From an uncultured Ruminococcus sp. (GTDB taxonomy: Bacteria; Bacillota; Clostridia; Oscillospirales; CAG-272), in NCBI GenBank assembly GCA_964630695.1, contig CAZVYZ010000002.1, forward strand, positions 8,951 through 72,950: a DNA stretch of 64,000 nucleotides. The letters run 5' to 3'. Positions 1 to 9,182 of the stretch are shown here, piece after piece; the first letter of the stretch is position 1; every line of letters begins with the position of its first letter. Made by a program: the position numbers and the translations under genes. A model generated the notes under the pieces. That model saw only the letters and a program-made list of their open reading frames with translations. It made no database searches and was not told where the DNA came from.

Positions 1-65
1 CCCCTCGGGGGGAAGCTGTCGCGTTAGCGACTGATGAGGGGGGATAAATCTGCACCCTCAAAAAA

Positions 66-2624
66 TTACAGCACCCGATACCCTGCCGCCCGAACCGCTT
101 GTTTCAGCCGTTTCGGTGCAACCGGTGCCGCAAGCGTGACGACCGCCGTGCCCGCCGTATGGCTGACCTCGGCACTCGTCACCTCGGGAAGCGCCTCCAG
201 CGCGTCCTTGACCCGCTTTTCGCAATGCCCACACATCATGCCGCCGATTTTCAGCGTCAGCCGTTCCGTCTCCCCGCTCTCACCGCGTTTCAAACCCGTT
301 CCGTCCGCAAGGGGCGCTTGCTTCCGGTGCGCCTGCCGTATTTTGCGGTCGTGCTTCGGGCTTTTCAGTTTGCACAGATTCAGCCGCAGAGCGTTGGTCA
401 CCACGCAGAAACTCGAAAGACTCATTGCCGCCGCACCGTACATCGGGTTGAGCGTCACACCTGCCCAGACGAACGCGCCCGCCGCAAGCGGAATGCAGAT
501 GACGTTGTAAAGGAACGCCCAGAACAGATTCTCGTGAATATTCCGCAGAGTCGCGCGGCTCAAACGAATCGCCGCAGGGACGTCCGCGAGACTGCTCTTC
601 ATCAGCACCACGTCCGCCGCGTCAATCGCAACGTCGGTCCCCGCGCCGATTGCAATGCCCGTATCCGCCGCGGTCAGCGCGGGCGCGTCGTTGATGCCGT
701 CACCGACCATCGCAACGTGACCCTGCCGCCGCAGGTCGCGGATGACCTGCTCCTTGCCGTCCGGCAGAACGCCCGCAACCACCTCTTCAATGCCCGCGCG
801 ACCCGCAACCGCCCGTGCGGTCCGTTCGTTGTCACCCGTCAGCATGACCACGCGCACGCCCATTCCGCGCAGTTCTTCCACCGCGCGCGGGCTGTCGTCC
901 TTAACGGTATCCGCAACTGCGATGATGCCGAGTAGTTTTCCGTCCCGCAGAAACAGCAGTGGCGTTTTGCCGTTGTCGGCAAGCGCACCGACCGATTTCT
1001 GCACAGCGTCTGTCAGTTTTGTCTGTCCGCCGATGAATTTCGCGCTCCCACCGACGAGGACCGCACCGTCCTTTTTCCCGCGCACGCCGTTGCCCGCAAG
1101 CGCCTCGAAGCCGTCCACCGCATCGGCATTGACGCCCCGCGTCTCCGCCTCGCGCACCACCGCGCGCGCCAGAGGATGCTCGCTCTTTTTTTCAAGCGCC
1201 AACGCCGCCGCAAGCAGGTCCGTCGCGTGGGTTCCCTCTGCGGGCAGGACGTCCGTCACGCTCGCAATACCTGTCGTCACGGTCCCGGTTTTGTCCAGTG
1301 CCACAATCTGCGTCCGCCCTGCGGACTCCAGTGACGCGGCGGTCTTAAAGAGAATCCCGTTCCGCGCGCCCACGCCGTTTCCGACCATAATCGCCACGGG
1401 GGTCGCCAGTCCGAGCGCGCACGGGCAACTGATAACCAGCACCGAAATCGCCCGCGCCAATGCGTAGCCAAAGTCCCGTCCCACCGCAAGCCAGACAATC
1501 AGCACCACCAGTGCGACCGACATGACCGCCGGTACGAACACGCCCGACACGCGGTCCGCGACCTTTGCAATCGGGGCTTTCGTTGCCGCCGCGTCGCTGA
1601 CCATACGGATGATTTGCGACAGCGTGGTATCCTCTCCGACCCGCGTTGCCTCGCACCGCAAAAATCCCGACTGGTTGACCGTTGCCGCCGACACGCTGTC
1701 CCCTTGATGCTTGTCCGCGGGGATGCTCTCGCCCGTCAGCGCCGCCTCGTTGACCGCACTCTCTCCGTCCAGTACCACACCGTCCACGGGAATATTCTCC
1801 CCGGGGCGGACGACGAAAACGTCGCCTTTCTTCACCTGTTCAATCGGGACCGTCACCTCCGCGCCGTCCCGCACGACCAAGGCGGTTTTGGGGGCGAGTT
1901 TCATCAGCGACCGCAGAGCGTCGGTGGTTTTTCCTTTCGACCGTGCCTCAAGCATCTTTCCGACGGTAATCAGCGTCAGAATCATTGCCGCCGACTCGAA
2001 ATAGAACTCGTCCATGTAGGTCATCACCGCCGCCATGTCCCCTCTTGCCTGTGCGCCCGTCATGGCGAACAGCGCGTAAACGCTCCAGACGAACGCCGCA
2101 CCCGAGCCGAGCGCCACAAGCGTATCCATGTTCGGGGAACGGTGCCAAAGCGCGCGGAAGCCGCTCTCGAAAAAGTGGCGGTTGATGACCATGATTGCAA
2201 TGCAGAGGAGCAGTTGGACCAACCCCATGGCAACGTGGTTGCCGTCAAAGAACGGCGGCAGTTTCCAGCCCCACATCATATGCCCCATGGAGAAATACAT
2301 CAGCACCGCAAGGAAACCGATTGACCAAAGCAGGCGCCGCTTCAGCGCAGGCGTTTCGCGGTCGGCAAGCGGGTCATCCCCGCCGACCTCCGCACCTGCG
2401 GTCTGCCCTGCCCCCTGTGGGTCTGTACCCCTCAACTTTGCGCCGTAGCCCGCCGCCTTGACCGCCGCGATTACGGCTTCGGGTGACGCACTCCCCTCCA
2501 CGCCCATGGAATTGGTCAGCAGGCTGACCGCGCAGGAGGTGACCCCCGCCACGCGCCCGACCGCCTTTTCCACTCTCGCTTGGCAGGAGGCGCAACTCAT
2601 TCCTGTCACTTCATATTGTTGCAT
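66..2624 (-). CDS. copA: Copper-translocating P1B-type ATPase
   Basis: 852-aa ORF with an N-terminal HMA (GMSCASCQ), TGES, CPC (SCPCALG), DKTGT and GDGINDAP. A second HMA (GMMCGHCE) sits at the extreme C-terminus. Confidence 0.95.
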   Translation of the reverse strand: MQQYEVTGMSCASCQARVEKAVGRVAGVTSCAVSLLTNSMGVEGSASPEAVIAAVKAAGYGAKLRGTDPQGAGQTAGAEVGGDDPLADRETPALKRRLLWSIGFLAVLMYFSMGHMMWGWKLPPFFDGNHVAMGLVQLLLCIAIMVINRHFFESGFRALWHRSPNMDTLVALGSGAAFVWSVYALFAMTGAQARGDMAAVMTYMDEFYFESAAMILTLITVGKMLEARSKGKTTDALRSLMKLAPKTALVVRDGAEVTVPIEQVKKGDVFVVRPGENIPVDGVVLDGESAVNEAALTGESIPADKHQGDSVSAATVNQSGFLRCEATRVGEDTTLSQIIRMVSDAAATKAPIAKVADRVSGVFVPAVMSVALVVLIVWLAVGRDFGYALARAISVLVISCPCALGLATPVAIMVGNGVGARNGILFKTAASLESAGRTQIVALDKTGTVTTGIASVTDVLPAEGTHATDLLAAALALEKKSEHPLARAVVREAETRGVNADAVDGFEALAGNGVRGKKDGAVLVGGSAKFIGGQTKLTDAVQKSVGALADNGKTPLLFLRDGKLLGIIAVADTVKDDSPRAVEELRGMGVRVVMLTGDNERTARAVAGRAGIEEVVAGVLPDGKEQVIRDLRRQGHVAMVGDGINDAPALTAADTGIAIGAGTDVAIDAADVVLMKSSLADVPAAIRLSRATLRNIHENLFWAFLYNVICIPLAAGAFVWAGVTLNPMYGAAAMSLSSFCVVTNALRLNLCKLKSPKHDRKIRQAHRKQAPLADGTGLKRGESGETERLTLKIGGMMCGHCEKRVKDALEALPEVTSAEVSHTAGTAVVTLAAPVAPKRLKQAVRAAGYRVL

Positions 2625-2670
2625 CCTTTTTCATCTCTTTTCAGGAACGATTCTTATTCTTTTTCTCGTT

Positions 2671-3018
2671 TTACCGCATCAGTTTTTTCAGCGTGGTCAT
2701 CAACTCGTCGATTACCTCGTCGCGTCCCTCGCGGATGTCTCTTGCCACACAGCCGTGAATGTGACTGCCCAGAATCTCGCGCTCAAACGCGGAGAGTGCC
2801 GCTCCGACCGCCGCCGACTGAATCAGAATATCGTTGCAGTAAGCGTCGCGTTCCAACATCGCTTCAATACCGCGCAACTGCCCCTCCATCCGTCGCAGGC
2901 GATTGAGCAGTTGTTTCTTCTGCTCCTCCCCGCGGACGGTGGTCTTTTCCCCGCTGTTCTCGGCGCCGTCCGCGTTTTCTCCCGCACAGCAACAGTAGTG
3001 CTTTTCCGTTTCTTCCAT
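2671..3018 (-). CDS. csoR: CsoR/RcnR-family metal-sensing repressor
   Basis: 115-aa ORF directly upstream of copA. The core LLNRLRRMEGQLRGIEAMLE..YCNDIL..HIHGC is typical of CsoR, and there is a Cys-rich N-terminal extension (YCCCAG). Confidence 0.9.
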   Translation of the reverse strand: MEETEKHYCCCAGENADGAENSGEKTTVRGEEQKKQLLNRLRRMEGQLRGIEAMLERDAYCNDILIQSAAVGAALSAFEREILGSHIHGCVARDIREGRDEVIDELMTTLKKLMR

Positions 3019-3030
3019 CTCGTTCCTCCT

Positions 3031-3080
3031 ATACCCCTGTTGGGTATTTTTATTATATACCCCCGCAGGGTATTTGTCAA
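3031..3080 (-). promoter_or_regulatory. csoR-copA promoter with two CsoR-type operators
   Basis: On the minus strand, TTGACA (3075-3080), a 17-nt spacer and TATAAT (3052-3057). Two 17-nt inverted repeats, ATACCCCCGCAGGGTAT (3057-3073, filling the spacer) and ATACCCCTGTTGGGTAT (3031-3047, just downstream of -10), match the GC-rich TACCC..GGGTA CsoR box type. Confidence 0.75.
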
Positions 3081-3096
3081 GAGGTTTTTAAAAATT

Positions 3097-4215
3097 TCAT
3101 GCGGAATTTTTTTCTTTCCCTTTTGCATCCGCCCTGCCGCGCAAAAGGGCGCTGACCGCCATTGCCGCAACAGGTCCGAGCGCCATGCCGAGGAAGCCGA
3201 ACCACCGCCACCCCGCGTAGCCTGCAATCAGCGCCGCCAACGGATGCAGTCCGAGACTCTTTCCAATCAGCCTCGGTTCAATGACCTGCCGCAGGACCGA
3301 CACCGCCGCAAACAGAATGAGCAACCCGAAACCGAGATAAAAATTCTTTCGCAACAGTTCGATAATCGCCCACGGGACGAGAACCGTCCCCACACCGAGG
3401 ACGGGCAGGAAATCCACAACCGCAATGAGAAGCGACAGGAGAAATGCGTACCGGACCCGCAGAATCAGGAACCCGATAAACAACTGAACGAACGTAGCAA
3501 ACAGAATCAGCAGATAAGCGCGCAGGTAGCGCAGGGACACCGCCTTTGCCCGCGCGCGCAGGGACGGTACTTTTTCCGCCAAGCGACGGGGCAGATGCGC
3601 GGCGAGGAATTTCCCCACCTGCCCGGGTTCCACGCAGAAATAGAAGCCTGCGATTACGGTCACAAGCACAAACAGGAGTGCCGACGGCATCACGGAAATC
3701 AGTTTACCCGCCACGTCGGGCAGTTTGGCGCTCAGCGCGCCCGCAAGCGAGGAAAGCATTTCCCCCACCATCGCGTTGAACTCCTCGCGGAACATCTTGT
3801 ATTTCTCCCCGACCTCGGCGCGGCGGAACAGCCCCACGCCCTCCGTAATTTTACCGAACCAGTCAAAGGTTTCCCCGCTCTCGGCAGTCTCCCCGCTCCC
3901 GCCGAAATTTCCGTCGGCAAGGAGCGCGGCAAGCAGGTCCTCCAATTCGCTTATCCCGCGTGCCACACCCGCAGAGATTCCCGCAACCGAAAGTCCGAGC
4001 GTCAGCACCAGAAGCAGGACCGCCCACACCTTGCGCGGGACGCGCGTCCGCTTTGAAAGCGCATTTGCCGCGGGAGAAACGACCAATGAAAGTCCCCACG
4101 CAAGCACAAACGGTAACAGCACGCCAAACAGAAGCCGTACACCCAACAGCACCGCCGCCACGCCTGCCGCCGCGCAGATTACGATTGCGGCGCGCGTTTC
4201 CCATTTCCTCTCCAT
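3097..4215 (-). CDS. ytvI: AI-2E family transporter / sporulation membrane protein YtvI-like
   Basis: 372-aa polytopic membrane ORF. The C-terminal IEPRLIGKSLGLHPL motif is typical of AI-2E/PerM/YtvI proteins. Confidence 0.75.
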   Translation of the reverse strand: MERKWETRAAIVICAAAGVAAVLLGVRLLFGVLLPFVLAWGLSLVVSPAANALSKRTRVPRKVWAVLLLVLTLGLSVAGISAGVARGISELEDLLAALLADGNFGGSGETAESGETFDWFGKITEGVGLFRRAEVGEKYKMFREEFNAMVGEMLSSLAGALSAKLPDVAGKLISVMPSALLFVLVTVIAGFYFCVEPGQVGKFLAAHLPRRLAEKVPSLRARAKAVSLRYLRAYLLILFATFVQLFIGFLILRVRYAFLLSLLIAVVDFLPVLGVGTVLVPWAIIELLRKNFYLGFGLLILFAAVSVLRQVIEPRLIGKSLGLHPLAALIAGYAGWRWFGFLGMALGPVAAMAVSALLRGRADAKGKEKNSA

Positions 4216-4357
4216 TTTTCCCTCCGCGCAGTCAGATGATATTCTGTATTATTCTATCCGTTTCGGTTGTAAATTATTTCTCAATTTGCCCGAAAGCCTT
4301 GACAGGACGGGCATTTTCTGCTACAATAAGGGTATTATAAGGAAAGGAAAAACCAAC

Positions 4358-5038
4358 ATGAAAAACCGTCTGTCCCGTATTTCCACTGCAACCGCAACTG
4401 CAAAACCCTTTCTGCTTCTGATTGTTGCGATTCTCCTCTTGACCTGCACGCTGACCGCCTGCAGAAGCAAGACCATCACCTGCGGTTGGGACGAATCCGC
4501 CGACCCGACCGACTATGTGTGTCTCACGGTCCGCTACGTCAATTCCGACAAGAAAACCGTAACCGGCGATATTGTCATCAAACTGCGGGAAGACGTCGCG
4601 CCGATTACCGTTGCGAATTTCAAAGAACTCGTCGCATCCGGCTTCTACGACAATCTGACCTTTCACCGTGTCTATTCGGGCTTCATGATTCAGGGTGGCG
4701 ACCCCGATGGTGACGGCACGGGCGGCTCCGAAAAGACCATCAAAGGCGAATTCTCCTCAAACGGGGTGAACAACACGCTCAGTCACACGCGCGGTGTGGT
4801 TTCCATGGCGCGTTCATACAATCCAGACTCCGCTTCCAGCCAATTCTTCATCTGCCACGCGGACAGCACATCCCTTGACGGCAATTACGCCGCATTCGGT
4901 GAAGTGGTCTTCGGAATGGAGACCGTGGACGGAATTGCCGGAACAGCGGTTACCTTAAGCAACGGGGAACGCTCCAAACCGGTTACCGCACCCGTGATTC
5001 TCAAAGCCCGTTTTGTCACAGCGCCCGACGGGAACTGA
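4358..5038 (+). CDS. Cyclophilin-type peptidyl-prolyl cis-trans isomerase, lipoprotein
   Basis: Internal ATG of ORF 3725..5038 (residue 212). Signal peptide with lipobox LTAC. The FHRVYSGFMIQGGDPDGDGTGG cyclophilin signature is present. Confidence 0.9.
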   Translation: MKNRLSRISTATATAKPFLLLIVAILLLTCTLTACRSKTITCGWDESADPTDYVCLTVRYVNSDKKTVTGDIVIKLREDVAPITVANFKELVASGFYDNLTFHRVYSGFMIQGGDPDGDGTGGSEKTIKGEFSSNGVNNTLSHTRGVVSMARSYNPDSASSQFFICHADSTSLDGNYAAFGEVVFGMETVDGIAGTAVTLSNGERSKPVTAPVILKARFVTAPDGN

Positions 5039-5045
5039 GAATATC

Positions 5046-5086
5046 AAAAGAGAACGGAACGACTACGGTCGTTCCGTTCTTTTTTG
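5046..5086. terminator. Bidirectional intrinsic terminator between convergent genes
   Basis: 13-bp stem AGAACGGAACGAC / GTCGTTCCGTTCT, flanked by an A-run and a T-run. Confidence 0.7.
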
Positions 5087-5094
5087 TCTTGCAA

Positions 5095-6321
5095 TCAGGG
5101 CTTCAGCGTCACCACGTCCATCGGCTCGCGCAGGACCCATTTGCCGTCTGTGAAATCGGGAATTGCCTGCGGTGCGCCGCCCTGTGCAATCGAGGCTTCG
5201 GACAGCACCGAAATACACATCCACGCGGCGGTGTCGTAGATGTCAATCGGCATCGGTTTCCCCGCCTTGAGGCAGTCCACGAACACGCGGAATTCCACCG
5301 CATCCATCCCGCCGTGTCCCGCCTCGGTGTCCTCCGAGGTGATATTCCGCCAGACGGGCGGCAAGTAGTCATTTTCGTATTTGGCGGCGTTATTGCCGTA
5401 CTTTCCGTACTGTTCCGCCGTTTCCCAGACTTCCGGCTCGCCCATCAGGTAAACGTAGTTGTTCCCCTGTTCGTAAAGTCCCTTGGTCCCGCGCACGGTA
5501 AACTCGCGCGAATAGAAGCGCGGCAGGGTGGTATCGAGCCGCAGGGAGACGGTAGAGCCGTCCGCGCAGGTGATAATGGTATTGACAATATCCCCCTGTG
5601 CGAAATTCGTTCCGATGAAGTCTCCGTATTTCTCCGGATGGCTCTTTGCGTATGCCTCCAGACCCGCCGCACGGGAAGCAATCGAAACGAGCGACACCAT
5701 CCGGTTTCCGCGGTTAATATTCAGGATTTTTGCAATCGGACCGAGTTCATGGGTCGGGTAATTCTCGCAATTGCGCCGCATATAGTTGCGCAGGCGATAA
5801 TGGCGTTCTTTCTCGCCCATGAGAATTTCGTCACCGAGGAAATGGGCATAAGCGCCGTGGCAATGGACAACGTCCCCGAAGACGCCGCCGCGGACCATAG
5901 AGGTAACGAGCAATTCGTCCTTACCGAAGCAGCAATTCTCCATGAGCATAACGGGGGTTCCGGTTTCCTCCTGTGTACGGACCATGCGCCAGAGGCTTTC
6001 GACGGAATACGCGCCGCCGACTTCCAATGCAACGGGAACGCCGCGCCGCATGGCTTCCATGGCGATTTCGGCGTGGTACTCCCACGCGGCGGCGATATAC
6101 ACGCCGTCCAACGGTTCCTTTTCGAGCAGTTCCCGATAATCGGCATACCCCTTTGCAGGCTTTCCCTCTTTCTTCTCCACATCCGCGCATCCCCCGCGCA
6201 CGCGGTCCTCGTAACTGTCGCAGATTGCGGTGACCTCCACGTCTTTCATGCGGAGCAGGACTTCGCGGGTAACCGAGGACCCGCGTTTTCCATACCCGAT
6301 AACGCCCATTCTGAATTTCAT
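5095..6321 (-). CDS. Gfo/Idh/MocA-family NAD-dependent enzyme, GH109-like (possible alpha-N-acetylgalactosaminidase)
   Basis: 408 aa with an N-terminal Rossmann MGVIGYGKRG. The C-terminal GHGGMD ... IPDFTDGKW region resembles GH109 as I recall it. Confidence 0.7.
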   Translation of the reverse strand: MKFRMGVIGYGKRGSSVTREVLLRMKDVEVTAICDSYEDRVRGGCADVEKKEGKPAKGYADYRELLEKEPLDGVYIAAAWEYHAEIAMEAMRRGVPVALEVGGAYSVESLWRMVRTQEETGTPVMLMENCCFGKDELLVTSMVRGGVFGDVVHCHGAYAHFLGDEILMGEKERHYRLRNYMRRNCENYPTHELGPIAKILNINRGNRMVSLVSIASRAAGLEAYAKSHPEKYGDFIGTNFAQGDIVNTIITCADGSTVSLRLDTTLPRFYSREFTVRGTKGLYEQGNNYVYLMGEPEVWETAEQYGKYGNNAAKYENDYLPPVWRNITSEDTEAGHGGMDAVEFRVFVDCLKAGKPMPIDIYDTAAWMCISVLSEASIAQGGAPQAIPDFTDGKWVLREPMDVVTLKP

Positions 6322-6338
6322 TGTGTGCCTCCTTTTTA

Positions 6339-6414
6339 GACCTCGGGATACTATCCCGAACCCTTCCTAAAAACTTCTTTCAGGAAGTTTTCAGGACTTT
6401 CAAGAATTTAACCC
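6339..6414. repeat. Palindrome-rich intergenic element, family A (copy 1, inverted relative to copy 2 at 59921-59995)
   Basis: About 80 percent identity over ~75 nt to the reverse complement of 59921-59995. It contains hairpins AAAACTTC..GAAGTTTT and CGGGA..TCCCG. Confidence 0.7.
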
Positions 6415-6591
6415 AATTGAATTTTTGATTCTGTCTATACGTTGTGCAGATTTTGCGTGTAGCCATATTCCGCACTACCGAAAGTTAGTTGATGATTCGG
6501 ATTGGGTTTCGTTTATAGTATAGCATACAGGAAATTCGCTTGTCAAGCGCGGCAATCGAAATATATCGAAATTCAAAGAGCGTGTCCATGT

Positions 6592-6852
6592 TTACAGACA
6601 TCCATCCCCATCCGTCAGCGGCGGAAAGAGGAGACAGCCGTTCCGTCGGAATTTGAGGATCCACGCGTCCAGTGTTTCCCGTGTCCACCCGAGATGTTTT
6701 GCAATGCAGTCACGGCAGAGGTATTCGCTGTCGCATTTCCCGATGAACTTCCGATGTGCGCCGACGTCCATGGTGTCAAGTGTATTCCCGCAGGCGGCAA
6801 GCGGCAGGAGCGCCAACAAGACCGCCAGAAGTGCAATGCCAAATTTTTTCAT
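6592..6852 (-). CDS. Small lipoprotein, unknown function
   Basis: Start taken at MKKFGIALLAVLLALLPLAAC (lipobox). 86 aa with several Cys in the mature part. Last gene of the surface-protein operon. Confidence 0.55.
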   Translation of the reverse strand: MKKFGIALLAVLLALLPLAACGNTLDTMDVGAHRKFIGKCDSEYLCRDCIAKHLGWTRETLDAWILKFRRNGCLLFPPLTDGDGCL

Positions 6853-6947
6853 GGTTTCTCCTTGACACGGCACCTTCCGCCCGACAAACGCCGCGGCGGA
6901 AGGTGCCCTTTTCTAATATCAGGATGTCAATTGTCGGTTTTCAGCGG

Positions 6948-9182
6948 TCAATTGTCCTGTTTTCTTTTTCCCTTCAGGGCAACACCCACGAGGGAAACGA
7001 CCGCGAGCAGGACCACCCCCTCTGCGCCGATAACCGAGCCGCAACCGCCCTTCTTCTCCTCCTCGGGAGCAGTCTCGGTGGTCTGCGCGGGCTTGTTTCC
7101 GTCGTCTGCATCTGCGGGCTTCTCCTCCGAGCCGCCCGTGATGTTATAGGTTCTGCTGACAACCTTGGAATCGGTTCTGCCCTCCATCACGGCAATCACT
7201 TTCAGAATGCAGGACTTACTCAGCGTGATGGGACCCGTGTAGAGAATGCCGTTCTCGGCGGTCGGTGTGCTTCCGTCGATGGTGTAGTAAATCTTCGCGC
7301 CCTCGGTTGTACAGGTGACGGTAACGGTCTGATTGCCCTCGTATTTACCGCCTGCCAGACTCGGGTTCGGCTGTGCGACCGTCAGCGTGACCTTGTAATC
7401 AAAGGTCACCACGGAGCTGTCTATGTACCCGTCCTTCACGGCAATGACCTTGAGAACCGTATCTTGGGAAATGGTGATTGCGCCGTTGTAAAGCGTTCCG
7501 TTGGTTGCGCTCGGGGTGCTTCCGTCGGTGGTGTAATACAGCTTTGCGCCCTCGGTCGCGGTTTTCAGTTCGACCGAAATCTCCTCGGTGTACTTCTCCG
7601 ATACGGGGGTCAGCGCGTTCGGGTTTGCAACTTTCGTCTTGTTTGCTTTCTCCTCGGACTCATGGAAACTGACTTCCAGAATGGAGATTTCGGTCTCCCC
7701 GGCGTCATAGTAGAACCGGAGGGTAAAGTTGTTGTCGCCCACCCAATCTTTCCACATGTCGCTGTTCTCCCAGAGGTCGATGACCACGGTCTTATAGGTT
7801 TCGGATGGCTCCAGCGGAATCTTTTGCGAACGGCTTGCTTCTCTCGTCGCATCGTTATAATGGTCGGGATGGTACTCCACCTGCACGGAGGCGGAGCATT
7901 TGTAGGTCAGAGTCATGTAACGGTGATAGCCGTTCGGCATCGCCACGTTCGGATTACCAAACCCATAATAACTTTCCACGCGGATTGCATTTTCCGTGTC
8001 TTTCTTCACCGATTTCACCACGGCGCCGAATTCATCGTTGACGCCGCCCGCACCGAACAATGCGTTAAAAAGGTCGTTGTGGTAAACGCCGCTCGTTTCC
8101 TGCCACTCGCCGTTTTTGGAGCCGGCGACCAATCCGGCAAACGACCAGTAAATATCTGCGGGGATGATGGCGTTGAACTCCACTTTTGCCACCTTACTGT
8201 CTTCCAGACCCGCCTTGACCGCAATTGCCTGTACGGTCATTTTTCCGGTGACCGGAATCGGAGTGCTGTAGACAGGGCTTTCCGCCGTCGGTTTTTTCCC
8301 GTCGGTCGTATAGTGAACGGTCGCGCCCTCGGTCTTGGTTGCAATAGTGAGGGATTTGCCTGCGGGAATATTGCCGCCTTTAAGGTTAAAGGTCGGTTCT
8401 GCCACGATATTCAGATTGAGTTCGTAGACATACGAATTCACAGGGCTGTAGCGGTCGGTTGCAGGGTCGTAGGCAACCGTTTTGAGCGTAGCGGGCCCCG
8501 TGACCGAAACGGCTTCGGTATAATGGGTGGAAGCCTTGGTCGGAGTGGTTCCGTCCAGCGTGTAGTAAATCTGCGCGTTCGCGGTATCGGAGGTCAGTTC
8601 CACGCTCTGCGCTTCCTCGTAGTAGCCGGACCCAACGGACGCTTTGGCGGGGTGCGGCAGGGGCTTGCCCTCGTAGAAACTCTCTTGGCACTTCGCCTCG
8701 TTTTCCGCCGCCTCCTCGGTATCGAAGAAACCGATGTAGTCGATTACGTAGTAGGCGTCCTCACCCTCCAGAACTGGGAAAGTCAAAGCCCAGAAATCCA
8801 TCGTAACAGGCCAGTGCTCAACGTTTGCCTTGGCTCCGGTATCCTTATCCACCAGTTTTTCATCGAGTTTGACCGTATAGGTTTTCCAGACATCGTTCTC
8901 AATCTCCATGTTTTCGAGTGTCAGCACCGCAGAGGTAGCCCAACCGTTACCGCAACTCCCCGTCGCGGTCTGAAGCCCTGTATTGGTCGCGTTTTTCACC
9001 TGATAGTGAATGGAGAAGTAATTGGTAGCAGACGCATTGTAGGTCCACTCTCTGAGCAGGAACGACCATGCCCCCGCACGCTGGTCGGCAACCGCGCCGT
9101 GGAATTCCATTCCGTATCCGTTTTCAGAGTACGGTTTGTATCTGTCAAAGACGCTATCCGTACTGTTTTCTTTACTCGGCAT
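6948..9182 (-). CDS. Large surface-type protein: unknown N-terminal module, four CHB_HEX_C/Fn3_assoc-like repeats, C-terminal TM anchor
   Basis: Start taken at MPSKENST (residue 46 of the ORF), overlapping the upstream stop by 11 nt. The four repeat motifs are AQIYYTLDGTTPT, ATVHYTTDGKKPT, AKLYYTTDGSTPS and AKIYYTIDGSTPT. A hydrophobic tail (VVLLAVVSLVGVAL) is followed by KGKRK. No N-terminal signal peptide is present. Confidence 0.7.
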   Translation of the reverse strand: MPSKENSTDSVFDRYKPYSENGYGMEFHGAVADQRAGAWSFLLREWTYNASATNYFSIHYQVKNATNTGLQTATGSCGNGWATSAVLTLENMEIENDVWKTYTVKLDEKLVDKDTGAKANVEHWPVTMDFWALTFPVLEGEDAYYVIDYIGFFDTEEAAENEAKCQESFYEGKPLPHPAKASVGSGYYEEAQSVELTSDTANAQIYYTLDGTTPTKASTHYTEAVSVTGPATLKTVAYDPATDRYSPVNSYVYELNLNIVAEPTFNLKGGNIPAGKSLTIATKTEGATVHYTTDGKKPTAESPVYSTPIPVTGKMTVQAIAVKAGLEDSKVAKVEFNAIIPADIYWSFAGLVAGSKNGEWQETSGVYHNDLFNALFGAGGVNDEFGAVVKSVKKDTENAIRVESYYGFGNPNVAMPNGYHRYMTLTYKCSASVQVEYHPDHYNDATREASRSQKIPLEPSETYKTVVIDLWENSDMWKDWVGDNNFTLRFYYDAGETEISILEVSFHESEEKANKTKVANPNALTPVSEKYTEEISVELKTATEGAKLYYTTDGSTPSATNGTLYNGAITISQDTVLKVIAVKDGYIDSSVVTFDYKVTLTVAQPNPSLAGGKYEGNQTVTVTCTTEGAKIYYTIDGSTPTAENGILYTGPITLSKSCILKVIAVMEGRTDSKVVSRTYNITGGSEEKPADADDGNKPAQTTETAPEEEKKGGCGSVIGAEGVVLLAVVSLVGVALKGKRKQDN

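Noticed and set aside
2458-4056. Long plus-strand ORF (532 aa). Similar very long antisense ORFs occur at 5089..6339, 6756..9206, 10696..13170, 21880..23133, 26434..27759, 28026..29231, 29885..30817, 42697..43764 and 52065..53183.
   Set aside because: Each lies exactly opposite a gene with clear family motifs. The translations are Arg/Pro/Gly/His-rich and low in complexity. They are the stop-poor shadow frames expected in high-GC DNA.
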